NCBI GenBank assembly: GCA_036274635.1
Contig: DASUFI010000185.1
Location: 1 to 59,096, forward strand
Length of the DNA: 59,096 bases
From: Planctomycetota bacterium
GTDB taxonomy: Bacteria > Planctomycetota > B15-G4
Direction of reading: 5' to 3'
Below, in pieces: positions 19,226 through 28,630 of the stretch (position 1 is its first letter; each line of letters starts with the position of its first letter). The translations under genes were made by a program, and so were the position numbers. The notes beneath the pieces were generated by a model. That model made no database searches, had not been told where the DNA came from, and saw only the letters and a list, made by a program, of their open reading frames with translations.

Positions 19226-19461
19226 GCGCGGCCCCCGGGCACGGCGCAAGTGCCGTGCGCGCCGACGTCGGCCGCGCCGGCGAGGTCGAGCCGCCAGGCG
19301 CCTGCCGGGCGCCCTGCCGCCGGAGGGGCGCACGCCGGGTCGGAGGCGATACGATCGGGGCCTTGTTCCGCCACTCCCCTCCCGCGGGGAGTCCATTCCT
19401 CGCCCTTCTCTGGAGCGTGCCGGGACCGCTTCGCGCTCGCGGCCTGAGTTCTCTGACCTCC

Positions 19462-20709
19462 ATGTCGACCTCGAAGTCCAAACGGGGCGCCCGCTGGTTG
19501 CTCCCGCGCCTTGCGCTCGCGCTGCTCGCGGCCCTGATCTCGCTGGCGGCCGTCGAGGGCGGGGCCCGCCTCTATCTCGGCAACGCGTTCGTCCAGGACC
19601 TTCCCATCGGCCGGCCGGACAGGGCGTGCGCGCAGCCCGATCCCGTGCTCGGCTGGAGCAACCTTCCCAACGCGCGCGCGCGCGTCGATGCGCCCCGGTT
19701 CAGCTACTGGCTGCAGATCAACTCGAGGGGGCTCCGCGACACCGAGCACACCTTCCAGAAGAAGCCCGGCACGCTGCGCATCGCGCTGCTCGGCGACTCG
19801 CTCGCGTGGGGCTGGGGCGTGGACAACGGCAAGGCGTTCGCCGACATCGTCGAGCGCGACCTCGGCCCCGACGTCGAGGTGATCAACTTCGGCGTGCCGG
19901 GATACAGCACCGATCAGGAGTTGCTGGCGTTCGAGCGCGACGGCGTGAACTACGAGCCGGACCTCGTGCTGCTGTGCTTCGTGCTGAACGACGTGGTGGG
20001 CAACCACCAGCGCGAGTCCCAGGGGCGATTCAAACCGCACCTCGAGCGCCGTGGGGCCGAGTGGGTGATGGCGCCCTGTCCACCGCCGCGCCCGGTGACC
20101 GACAAGCTCCGCGAGTTCTCGACGCCGGAGTGGCTCTACTGGCACAGCGCCGTGCTGCAGGCGGCCAACCCTCCGGACGGCGAGAAGCAGCTGGCGAGCG
20201 AAGCGTCGCGCGTGACGGGCGGCGCCGACACCGAGGGACCCGATCGCGACGCCCCCTTGCCGGACCGGAGCGCCGAGGACGATCAGATCAAGGCGCTCTG
20301 CGAAGAGGTCGCCGACGAGTCATCCCCAAGCTACGCCCTGCTCGGCAAGCTCTCCGAGGCGTGCCGGTCACGCAAGCTGCCGCTGGTCGCCTTCTCGATC
20401 GCCCACCACCACGACAAGTATCTGTACTGGGTCGATGTGCCCCGACCGACGCCTGCCGGGCCCGAGCTTCGGACCCTGCTGACCGAGCGACTCGCCGACG
20501 CCGGCCGGCGACTCGGCTTCCAGACCTTCTCCGTGGACCAGGCCATGTTCGAGGAGACCGGCAAGGGCCACGTGCTGACCTGCGGCGACAGCCATCTCAA
20601 CGAGCTCGGCAATCAGGTCGTGGCGCGCCGGATCGTCGAGGAGTTGCGGCCGTTGCTCGCGAAGATCCGCGGCGGCGGCGACCCGGCGGCGATCCCTCCC
20701 GTCAGGTGA
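19462..20709 (+). CDS. SGNH/GDSL hydrolase family protein with N-terminal membrane anchor
   Basis: In-frame ATG at 19462. The anchor is WLLPRLALALLAALISLAAV. Block I is RIALLGDSLAWGWGV. The C-terminal GDSHLNELGNQVVA fits the catalytic D-x-x-H block. Confidence 0.75.
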   Translation: MSTSKSKRGARWLLPRLALALLAALISLAAVEGGARLYLGNAFVQDLPIGRPDRACAQPDPVLGWSNLPNARARVDAPRFSYWLQINSRGLRDTEHTFQKKPGTLRIALLGDSLAWGWGVDNGKAFADIVERDLGPDVEVINFGVPGYSTDQELLAFERDGVNYEPDLVLLCFVLNDVVGNHQRESQGRFKPHLERRGAEWVMAPCPPPRPVTDKLREFSTPEWLYWHSAVLQAANPPDGEKQLASEASRVTGGADTEGPDRDAPLPDRSAEDDQIKALCEEVADESSPSYALLGKLSEACRSRKLPLVAFSIAHHHDKYLYWVDVPRPTPAGPELRTLLTERLADAGRRLGFQTFSVDQAMFEETGKGHVLTCGDSHLNELGNQVVARRIVEELRPLLAKIRGGGDPAAIPPVR

Positions 20710-20817
20710 GCCCGCAGCTCACGCCGCCGCAGGCGCCGGCCTGCGCGGCCGGCTCGCGATCGCCGACGTCGCCTGGCGACGCCTGCGACTGGCGCCGCGG
20801 CGAGTGGCGTCGTAGGC

Positions 20818-23139
20818 TTGCGGCGCGTGGCTAGCCGATCGAACCCGACCGAGCCGGACGCGCGCAACGACGGGCCCGCTCCGGATGCCGCGCGCGGCGG
20901 CGCCCACTGGCCGTGGTGCCTGGCGCTGGTCCTGCTGATCCTTCCCGGCTACGCGCGGCTGCTCGTGGGCGACGAGGGCGCGATCGGCCGCGACTACGGC
21001 ACGGTGTTCCTCGACGCGCTCACGCAGCAGCGGGCGGCGCTGCTGGACGGGCACGTGCTGTTGTGGGACCCCAGCCAGGTCGGAGGCACCGCCTTCTGGC
21101 CGCTCCCCAACGAGTGTCCCCTGTATCCGCCGCTCATGGCGTGCCTGCTGGTGCGCGGCAACGTCGAGGGCCTCAACCTCTGCATCTTCCTGCACGTGGT
21201 CTGGGGCGCGCTCGGGACGTACGCGCTCGTGCACCTGCTGGGCGGCAGTCGCCTCGCGGCGCTCGTCGGCGGCGTGATGTTCGCGTACGGCTACTTCACG
21301 CAGCACCTCGTGGACATCCTGCCGCTCGAGGCCCTGGCCAGCGCGTGGATCCCGTGGGCGCTGTACGGCCTGTGCCGCGCCCTCACCAGCACGCGCTGGC
21401 TGCGCTGGGCGGCGTTCGCGGCCTTGGCCTATGCGGCGCTGCCGTGGCTGGGCAGCTACATCCAGTTCCTTCCGGGCCTGGTCCTGGCGGGAGTCATCGT
21501 GCTCGTCGCCTCGCTGCGCCGGCCCGGCCTCATCGGTCGCGGGCTGGCCAGCATGCTGGTCTTCGGCGTCATCATGGCGCTGGTGTCGGCGGCCAAGCTG
21601 CTGCCCACCTTGCACTGGATCAAGCTCACCGATCGCGCCGGCGGCATCACCGAGGGCTTCGCGATGGGGGGCGCGCTACGGCCGGCCGACGTGCTGGAGT
21701 GGACGCAGCGCGAGGGCTGGGCACCGTGGGCCCTGCTGCTGTGCGGACTGCTGCTCGGGCTGCGGCGCCGCGACTCCTTCGGCCTGCCGTTCGCGGCGGC
21801 CGTCGCCGTGCTCATGCTCATCTCGAGCGGGCTGATCTACAAGGCGATGTACGACTACATACCGGGGTTCCAGTACGTGCGCGAGCCGCGCCGGGTCTGG
21901 CTGCTGATGCCCGCGGTGCTGCCCGTGGCCGCCGGCCTCGGGCTCACGTACCTGCAGGAGCGCGTGCCCTGGCGCGGGCGCCGCGGGGCGCTGGCGGCCG
22001 GCCTCGTGCTGCTGGCCGTCGCCGCCGACATGATCGTGTGGTCGCGCTACGACCCGCCGCTCAGGCAGTCGCTGTCGGCGCGCGTGGCAGCCAATGCGAT
22101 CCATCAGAACCTGGCCAGCCGCGCGCGCAAAGAGCCGCGATTTCGCGTGATCGACGCGACCAAGACGCGCGCGCGCGTCAAGCAGACGGCCGACCTCATG
22201 CGCTCCAGCCTCGGGCTCGAGAGCATGGAGGGCATCATGGGCAACGTGGCGATCACCGCTTACGACATCGACTACCTGGAGGTCTGCCGCGACGCACGCG
22301 CCAAGCTGCTGGGCCTCATGAACTGCCGCTATCTCACCTCCCCGAAGCCGCTGGACGATCCGGACCTGTCCTTCGTGGCGAGATTCCCCCTCGATCGCCA
22401 GTGCGCCGTCATGGGCAGCGACGGCCCGCTGCTGTACAGCAACGACCTCGCGCTGCCGCGCGCCAGCCTGTCCGGGCATGCCCTGCTCCAGGTGGGCGGT
22501 GCGTCCCTGGATCAGAAGACGCTGCTCGAGAGCGCGTGGGACCCGCGACGCGCGGTCCTGATCCGCGTCGAGCCCGCGCAGCTCGCGGCTCTGACGGACG
22601 CGGAGCTCGCGCGCTTCGACGCGGCGGTCCTCTGGGCCCCCGTGGACGACGCGCTGCGCGCACGCCTGGTCGCGGCCGGCGTCGACTGCCTCGACCGGCG
22701 CGAGGCCACCGACCCGTCCGCGCTGGACAGCTGGCTCGGGCGCGTGCTGCCCGCGACGCCGACGCTGAAGCCCATCGCCGATCCGCCGCGCGAGTGGAAC
22801 GCCGAGCACGTGCAGCTGCCGGCCGACGCCGGAGGCCGCTGGCTCGTGCTGGCCGAGACCTTCGCGATCTATCCGGGCTGGAGCGCGACGGTCGATGGCG
22901 CGCCGGCGCCGCTGTTCGTGGCCAACGCCGTCACGACCGCGATTCTGCTGCCGCAGGGCGCGCGGGAGGTTGCCCTGGCCTACAGCCCGCCGGGCTTGGC
23001 CGCGGGACTCGGACTCACGTTGGCGGGCCTGCTCCTCGCCGGCTGTGCGATCCTCTGGCGCCCGGCTCGCGGCGGTCGCGCCGCGGCGCTCACCCCGCCA
23101 GCACCTCTGCACGCAGCCCCTCGCGCACCCAGCCCGTGA
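20818..23139 (+). CDS. Polytopic membrane protein, YfhO / glycosyl-transferase-C-like
   Basis: About 10-12 predicted TM helices are followed by a large soluble domain and a C-terminal TM. The N-terminal region resembles YfhO-type proteins. The start (TTG 20818 or GTG 20827) is uncertain. Confidence 0.6.
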   Translation: MRRVASRSNPTEPDARNDGPAPDAARGGAHWPWCLALVLLILPGYARLLVGDEGAIGRDYGTVFLDALTQQRAALLDGHVLLWDPSQVGGTAFWPLPNECPLYPPLMACLLVRGNVEGLNLCIFLHVVWGALGTYALVHLLGGSRLAALVGGVMFAYGYFTQHLVDILPLEALASAWIPWALYGLCRALTSTRWLRWAAFAALAYAALPWLGSYIQFLPGLVLAGVIVLVASLRRPGLIGRGLASMLVFGVIMALVSAAKLLPTLHWIKLTDRAGGITEGFAMGGALRPADVLEWTQREGWAPWALLLCGLLLGLRRRDSFGLPFAAAVAVLMLISSGLIYKAMYDYIPGFQYVREPRRVWLLMPAVLPVAAGLGLTYLQERVPWRGRRGALAAGLVLLAVAADMIVWSRYDPPLRQSLSARVAANAIHQNLASRARKEPRFRVIDATKTRARVKQTADLMRSSLGLESMEGIMGNVAITAYDIDYLEVCRDARAKLLGLMNCRYLTSPKPLDDPDLSFVARFPLDRQCAVMGSDGPLLYSNDLALPRASLSGHALLQVGGASLDQKTLLESAWDPRRAVLIRVEPAQLAALTDAELARFDAAVLWAPVDDALRARLVAAGVDCLDRREATDPSALDSWLGRVLPATPTLKPIADPPREWNAEHVQLPADAGGRWLVLAETFAIYPGWSATVDGAPAPLFVANAVTTAILLPQGAREVALAYSPPGLAAGLGLTLAGLLLAGCAILWRPARGGRAAALTPPAPLHAAPRAPSP

Positions 23140-23395
23140 GCCAGGACCACGCGTGCGAGGCACGATCGCCTCGCCTCCGTCGGCGATCAGCGTCAGCGAC
23201 TTGCCGCCAATGTCCGCAGAGAAGGCGTACTCGCCCGCAGCCACCAGCAGGCTCCCGGCAGCCCGCCGGCAGCCTCGTCATGAACCGCGCGCGCGGCTTT
23301 GGGGCACGCACGATCGAGGCCGGTGAAGATTTGCGCGAGCTGGCCGAGAGTTCCGCGAAGAGCGCCGCCAGCGAGCGCCGGCGCGCGAGGGGCCG

Positions 23396-24409
23396 TCAGG
23401 GCGACGCGATCGTCGCGAGGAAGGCCGCGCGCTCCGCGGCGTGCGTCCCGGCGTGCGCCTTGGCCATCTTCTGCAGCGACTTCCACAGCCCGCCGCTCGG
23501 ACCGTCCCGGAACAGCTGCGCCTGCAGGTCGAGCATCGCGGCGCTGGCCTTCAGCTCCATGTTCTGGTCGCCGCAGGTGTAGACATCGAGGGCGTCGTCC
23601 GCCTGGCGGCGCCAGTCGTCGTCGCGCGGCAGGGACGAGAGCGCCTTGCCGAGCGCCTCCACACGCGGCCGCGCGGCGGCGCCGAGACCCACGAGGAGCA
23701 TCTCGTTGCACCATTCGTACTGATTGAGGATCTCGTCGGCCACCAGCTGCGCCGGGCCCTGCAGGGTGCGCGCGGTGGCCTCGTCGTAAGGCGCCGAGAC
23801 GAGGCTGAGCGCCTTGGCCAGGTTGCCCGCGGACAGGGCCGTGAGCGCATCGCGCGTCTGCCCCGGGGCGCCCGGCCCACCGTTGCGGCGCTCGTCGACG
23901 AGGCGCTTCGCGGCGGCGGCCAGCTCCGCCTGCTGCGCCAGGGGGTCGCCCGCGAGCAGGGTGGCCTGCTTGGCGGAGATGAGCACGAAGGACGGCGTGG
24001 GCAAGGCCGCCAGGCCCGACGGCACCTCGCAGGTCCAGGCCGCCGTGCCGCCGAGCCAGTGCTCGCGCGCCGCGAAGCGCAGCATGTCCGTGTAGGAGAG
24101 TCCGCTGCGCTCCACGAGCAGCAGCGCGAGGTCGCCCTGGAAGGAGTCGGCCAGCGCGAGCGCCGCCGGCACGAGCCGCCGCGCGCCGGCGGGGTCGTCC
24201 GCGCGCCAGGAGACCACCAGCGTCGGCCGGTGCAGGAAGAGCATGAGCACCGAGTGCAGGCCGTCGCGATGGAAGGTGGCGCGGGACTGGTCCGGCAGGA
24301 CCACGCGCGGCAGGGGCGTGGCCGCGGCGGGAGGTGCCGCGATCGTCTGGGCCAGGACGGGACCGGACAGCGCGAGCAGGCCCAAAGCGAGCCGTGCGGC
24401 GCGCATCAT
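23396..24409 (-). CDS. Secreted hypothetical protein, thioredoxin-fold-like N-domain lacking CxxC
   Basis: Start ATGATG at 24409 overlaps the upstream stop (ATGA). The signal peptide is MMRAARLALGLLALSGPVLAQ. Confidence 0.6.
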   Translation of the reverse strand: MMRAARLALGLLALSGPVLAQTIAAPPAAATPLPRVVLPDQSRATFHRDGLHSVLMLFLHRPTLVVSWRADDPAGARRLVPAALALADSFQGDLALLLVERSGLSYTDMLRFAAREHWLGGTAAWTCEVPSGLAALPTPSFVLISAKQATLLAGDPLAQQAELAAAAKRLVDERRNGGPGAPGQTRDALTALSAGNLAKALSLVSAPYDEATARTLQGPAQLVADEILNQYEWCNEMLLVGLGAAARPRVEALGKALSSLPRDDDWRRQADDALDVYTCGDQNMELKASAAMLDLQAQLFRDGPSGGLWKSLQKMAKAHAGTHAAERAAFLATIASP

Positions 24410-24942
24410 TCGCCGAAGAGCTTGCGCGCCTCGGCGTCCCAGTCGATGTCGAGCCCGTCGCTCGGCCGGATGGCGGGCCGGTCGCGGTGGCGCAGCCACT
24501 CGTCGCGGCTCGCGAAGTCGCCCGGCGGTCGGCTGCGCGCGGCCGCGCGCGTGGCGGGCACGGAGGCCGAGGACGGCCGCGCCGGCCGGCGCGCGGACTC
24601 GATGACCACGCGGTACTCGGGCCGGTCCGTGCTGGCGCTGTGCTGGCGCTCGCGCAGCGTCTCGATGAAGTCGTCCGGGAAGCCCTCGAGCAGGTAGCGC
24701 GTGGGGTCCGTGTTGCGGGCGCGGGCGAAGAAGGTGGCGGCGCGCGCGAGGTCGTTCTCGCGGTAGTAGATCTTGCCCAGCAGCAGGTAGGCCTCGAAGG
24801 ACTCGAGCCCGCAGGTCAGCGCCTCGCGGAAGTGGCGGCCCGCGAGGCGCAGGCGGCCGAGGCGATAGGCGCGGCGCCCACTCAGCATGTGGTACCGCCC
24901 GAGCAGGGTGAGGAAGGCTCGGCGAAGGGGAAAGGCAGACAT
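24406..24942 (-). CDS. TPR-like hypothetical protein
   Basis: ATG at 24942. AYLLLGKIYYRENDLARAATFFARARNTDP is TPR-like. The gene is translationally coupled to the downstream gene. Confidence 0.55.
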   Translation of the reverse strand: MSAFPLRRAFLTLLGRYHMLSGRRAYRLGRLRLAGRHFREALTCGLESFEAYLLLGKIYYRENDLARAATFFARARNTDPTRYLLEGFPDDFIETLRERQHSASTDRPEYRVVIESARRPARPSSASVPATRAAARSRPPGDFASRDEWLRHRDRPAIRPSDGLDIDWDAEARKLFGE

Positions 24943-25053
24943 GGGCTCTGGAACCGTTCGGCCGTGTTGCGGTGGCGAGCTTACCACGGGCCGCTACGGC
25001 CGTCACGGCGGGCGTGATGGCCCGACGTCGGCTGCCCGACGCTGCCGCCCGGC

Positions 25054-28000
25054 TCAGGGCTCGGGCAGGTCGAGCACCTTGGCCGCCGAGCCGCCGACCA
25101 GCGTGACACCGCTGTCCAGCAGCTGCTCCGCGCCGCTCCGCACCTGCACGCGATAGTTGCCGGCCGCGTAGGTTCCGAGCGTCAGGGTGCCGTCCGCCTG
25201 GGACAGGCTGGCCAGGTCCGAGAGCGAGAGGAGCCGGCAGGGCAGGCTGCTGCCGTCCGGCCCGAGGACGGCCACGTCCAGCCCGGCCGCCGGCCGGCCC
25301 TTGAGGTCCAGGCGCAGCGGCGTGCCCGGCGGCAGCGTGACGTCCAGCGGCGTGCGCTCGCCCGTCTTCACCAGCACGCCGCGCACGATGGTCAGCGCGT
25401 GGCCGGAGTCCATGAAGGCCAGGGTCCACGCGCCATCACGCAGGTCCCCGACCTCGTAGCTGCCCGAGGAGTCGCTGGCCTCCTCGCTGAAGCGCGAGCG
25501 CGGCAGGCCGGCCGCGTCCAGCACCCACACGCCCACGCCGTCCAGCGGCTGCCCGGCCGGGTCGCGCACGCTGCCCGCCACGACCGCCGCCGGCTCGACC
25601 TCCACCTGCATGGTGAAGCCCGGCCCGCCCTCGAGCACCGACAGGTTCTCCACGCGCTTCTGGGCCCAGCCCGCCGCGCCCATGCCCATGATGCCCTTGC
25701 CGCCCGCCACCACTGCGTAGGTGCCGCCGGGCAGGTGGCGGAAGCGGAAGGCGCCGGAGTCGTCGGAGTAGGTCTCGCCGACGCGGCCACCCAGGGCGGC
25801 CACGTAGGCCACCTCGTGCGCCGCGGCGTCGGTGCGCTCGAGCACGAGCCGCACGCGCGGCACGGCGTGGCCGTCCTCCTTGCTCACGACGACGCCGTTC
25901 AGGATGCCGCCGGGGAGGTCGACGTCGTGGCGCTGCTCGGCCTGCGCACCCAGCACCAGCGGCGCGAACACCGCCGAGCTGGGCTGCCCGCCGCCGGTGC
26001 CCGCCAGGCTGTCGGTGGGAATCACCGTCATGCCGTAGCGGCCGGGCACGACATGCGCGAACTGGTACTCGCCGTCCTTGCCGGTGTTCGCCCAGCCCAT
26101 CTTGCCCCCGGCCGTCTCCGGCAGCAGCGTGATCATCGCGCCCGCCACGGGGCCGGCCGCGTCCTTCACCTGGCCCACGAGGCGCACGCCGCCCTTGGTC
26201 TGCACGTGCAGGTCCACGCGCCGGTCCTCGTCCTCGGCCAGCGTCACCGGCTCCATCACGAGGTTCTCGAGCATGGACATGGGCGGGCTGTCGCCGCCGA
26301 GGTCCATGGAGAAGTCCGTGCGCATGACGTTGTAGGTGCCGGCGCCGAGGCCCGACACGCAGTACTGGCCCTGCGCGTCGGTGCTGGTGCGCTTGAGCGT
26401 GGTGGCCATGGCGTTGGACACCAGGATGGGCGCGTCGGGCACGGGGCCCAGCGTGTCGTAGACGGTGCCGTGCACGGACGCGCCCGTGGAGAGGCCCAGC
26501 GTCCCGACGTCGTGCGTCTCGCCGTGCGACAGCGCGAACTCCGGCACGCCCAGCGTGCGGTAGCCGGGGTGCTCCACGGACAGCGCCACCGTGCCCGGCG
26601 CGAAGCCACCCAGCCGGAAGCGCCCCTGCGCATCGCTGCGCGCGAAGGGAGCGGGCGCGCCCATGTCCTTCATCATCTGCATCACGCCGCCGGTGCCGGT
26701 GCGCACGTGGGCGCCGGCCACGGGCTCGCCGCTGCGCGCGTCCACGATCTGGCCGACCACCGCGCACTCGGGCTCGAGCATGATGACCAGGCCCCGCCGC
26801 CCGTCGGGCCCCACCTCCACGTTGGGCTCGACGTGTGCGCCGAAGCCCTTGGCGGTGACCGACACGTCGTACGTGCTCGGCACGACCTTCGGGAGCGTGA
26901 AGGTGCCGTCCGCGCGGTCGTGGAAGCCTTGCGGCCGGATGAGGCGCTCGAAGCCCGCCTCCGCCTCCGTGCCCATCCAGTCGCCCGGCTTGAACAGGCC
27001 CTCGGAGGGCTTGGCGGACACCGAGAAGGCGGGCACCGGCTCGCCGTCCGTCAGCGAGACGACGATGCCCGAGAGCGAGCTGAGCGGCTGCAGGCGCACC
27101 TCCACGTCGCTGCTCCCGGCGGCGACGTCGAGCGACTCGGTGCGCCGATCGTCGCGCGAGCAGCGCAGGCGCACGTCGCCCGGCTCGTAGCCGCGCAGGG
27201 CGAAGGTGCCGTCCGCCGCCGTGTGCGCCCGGGGATACAGGTCGCGCTCGAAGGCCGACCCGAAGCCCATCATGCTCGGCTTGGGGAAGCCGTGCACGAC
27301 CACGTTCTCCAGCGGCGCGCCGGCCGCGTCGAGCACGCGCCCGGTCACGGACAGGCCCTCCTCGGCGAGCAGCTCCACGCCCTCCACCACGCCGCCCGAG
27401 TCCACGTGCACGTCCTTGGCGTGCGCCAGCCTGAAGCCTTCCTGCGCCAGCACCGCGGAGTAGGTGCCGTCGGCGACGTCCTTGAACTCGAAGCGGCCTT
27501 CGGCGTCCGTGCGCGTCTCGTCCTTGAAGGCCTGCGTGAGCGCGATGTCCTTGAGCGAGAAGCTCGCGCGGCGCAGGTTCACGCGCGCGTCGGCGAGGCC
27601 GCTGCCGTCCGTGTGCTCCACGCGCCCGCGCACGATGCCGGCGGGCCGCAGCACCAGCTCGACCACGCGCTGCTCGCCGGCCTGCAAGGCGCTCACGTCG
27701 GCGCGCGCGGGCTGCAGCAGCGGTTCGACCGGCGTGGCGTCCGACGTCGCGTCCGGCTCGGGCGCGCGCGGCCGCATGGCCACCACCTGCAGCGCGAGGC
27801 CCGTGGGCACCGCCGGGAAGAGGAAGCGTCCCTGCTCGTCGCAGCGCTGGCTGCCCAGCGAGGCCATGCGCGAGCTGCTGTCGAGGACGCCGTAGGGATC
27901 GAAGGGCGTCGCCGCGCGCACGTTGGCCCGCGCCACGGGATCGCCGTGGCCGTCGAGCACGCGGCCCGCGAGCGAGGCGCCGCGCTCGAGCGTCACGTCC

Positions 28001-28584
28001 AGCTCATCGGTCGCGCCGGCCGGCACCTGGAGCGGCGGCGAGGGGAAGACCGCGGCGCCGTGCACGCCCAGCCAGACCTCCGCCTCCGGGGCGGACAGCT
28101 CGAAGCGGCCGTCGTGGCCCGCGGGCACCTCCTGCGGCGCGGCGGCTTCCCGCAGCTCGAGCTCGTCCGAGCCGAAGGTGCCGGCGACGGCCGTGGCATC
28201 GCCTCCGCCCATGAGGTCGCGCATGGAGTAGAGCTGAGGCGGCGGGCAGCGCTCGGCCGTGAACACGGTCAGGCCCTCGGGCAGGGCGCTGCCGTCGGCC
28301 ATGCGCAGGACGCCGTGCAGCACGCGCCCGGGCTCGGCGGCGGCCGCGGCCCCCTCCGCGGCGGGGACCGACACGTCCGGTACCGCACTCTCCAGTGCAG
28401 TGGGCTGAGCTTCCTCGCCCGCCCCCGGCAGCTGGGCGGCCCGCGCCGCCTCGGCCTGCCGCGCGGCCAGCACGCCCCCGGCCTCGTCATCGGGTCCGTG
28501 ACTGCCTGCCAGCCATGCCAGCAGGCCCGCGAGAGCAAGTCCCGCGACACCGATTCCGAACAAGACTCCTTGCGACCGGTTCAA
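25054..28584 (-). CDS. Carboxypeptidase-regulatory-like (CarboxypepD_reg) multi-repeat surface protein, N-terminal signal anchor
   Basis: About 1176 aa with more than 10 repeats of the G-x-V-x-D...G-x-P-v-x-g-A-x-V...TDaxGrFxl..l.pGtY pattern. TTG at 28584 has AAGAGG 5 nt upstream; GTG at 28590 is the alternative start. Confidence 0.8.
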   Translation of the reverse strand: MNRSQGVLFGIGVAGLALAGLLAWLAGSHGPDDEAGGVLAARQAEAARAAQLPGAGEEAQPTALESAVPDVSVPAAEGAAAAAEPGRVLHGVLRMADGSALPEGLTVFTAERCPPPQLYSMRDLMGGGDATAVAGTFGSDELELREAAAPQEVPAGHDGRFELSAPEAEVWLGVHGAAVFPSPPLQVPAGATDELDVTLERGASLAGRVLDGHGDPVARANVRAATPFDPYGVLDSSSRMASLGSQRCDEQGRFLFPAVPTGLALQVVAMRPRAPEPDATSDATPVEPLLQPARADVSALQAGEQRVVELVLRPAGIVRGRVEHTDGSGLADARVNLRRASFSLKDIALTQAFKDETRTDAEGRFEFKDVADGTYSAVLAQEGFRLAHAKDVHVDSGGVVEGVELLAEEGLSVTGRVLDAAGAPLENVVVHGFPKPSMMGFGSAFERDLYPRAHTAADGTFALRGYEPGDVRLRCSRDDRRTESLDVAAGSSDVEVRLQPLSSLSGIVVSLTDGEPVPAFSVSAKPSEGLFKPGDWMGTEAEAGFERLIRPQGFHDRADGTFTLPKVVPSTYDVSVTAKGFGAHVEPNVEVGPDGRRGLVIMLEPECAVVGQIVDARSGEPVAGAHVRTGTGGVMQMMKDMGAPAPFARSDAQGRFRLGGFAPGTVALSVEHPGYRTLGVPEFALSHGETHDVGTLGLSTGASVHGTVYDTLGPVPDAPILVSNAMATTLKRTSTDAQGQYCVSGLGAGTYNVMRTDFSMDLGGDSPPMSMLENLVMEPVTLAEDEDRRVDLHVQTKGGVRLVGQVKDAAGPVAGAMITLLPETAGGKMGWANTGKDGEYQFAHVVPGRYGMTVIPTDSLAGTGGGQPSSAVFAPLVLGAQAEQRHDVDLPGGILNGVVVSKEDGHAVPRVRLVLERTDAAAHEVAYVAALGGRVGETYSDDSGAFRFRHLPGGTYAVVAGGKGIMGMGAAGWAQKRVENLSVLEGGPGFTMQVEVEPAAVVAGSVRDPAGQPLDGVGVWVLDAAGLPRSRFSEEASDSSGSYEVGDLRDGAWTLAFMDSGHALTIVRGVLVKTGERTPLDVTLPPGTPLRLDLKGRPAAGLDVAVLGPDGSSLPCRLLSLSDLASLSQADGTLTLGTYAAGNYRVQVRSGAEQLLDSGVTLVGGSAAKVLDLPEP

Positions 28585-28630
28585 GCACACCTCTTAGACT
28601 GGTGGATCGACTCTCCGCGACCGCCCCCGC

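Noticed and set aside
23140-23395. Possible gene fragment in the 256-bp gap after the YfhO-like gene (minus-strand MAAGEYAFSADIGGKSLTLIADGGEAIV...)
   Set aside because: Only about 35 protein-like codons occur before the frame runs antisense into the YfhO-like gene. There is no start context or recognisable family. It may be a relic, but it cannot be supported.
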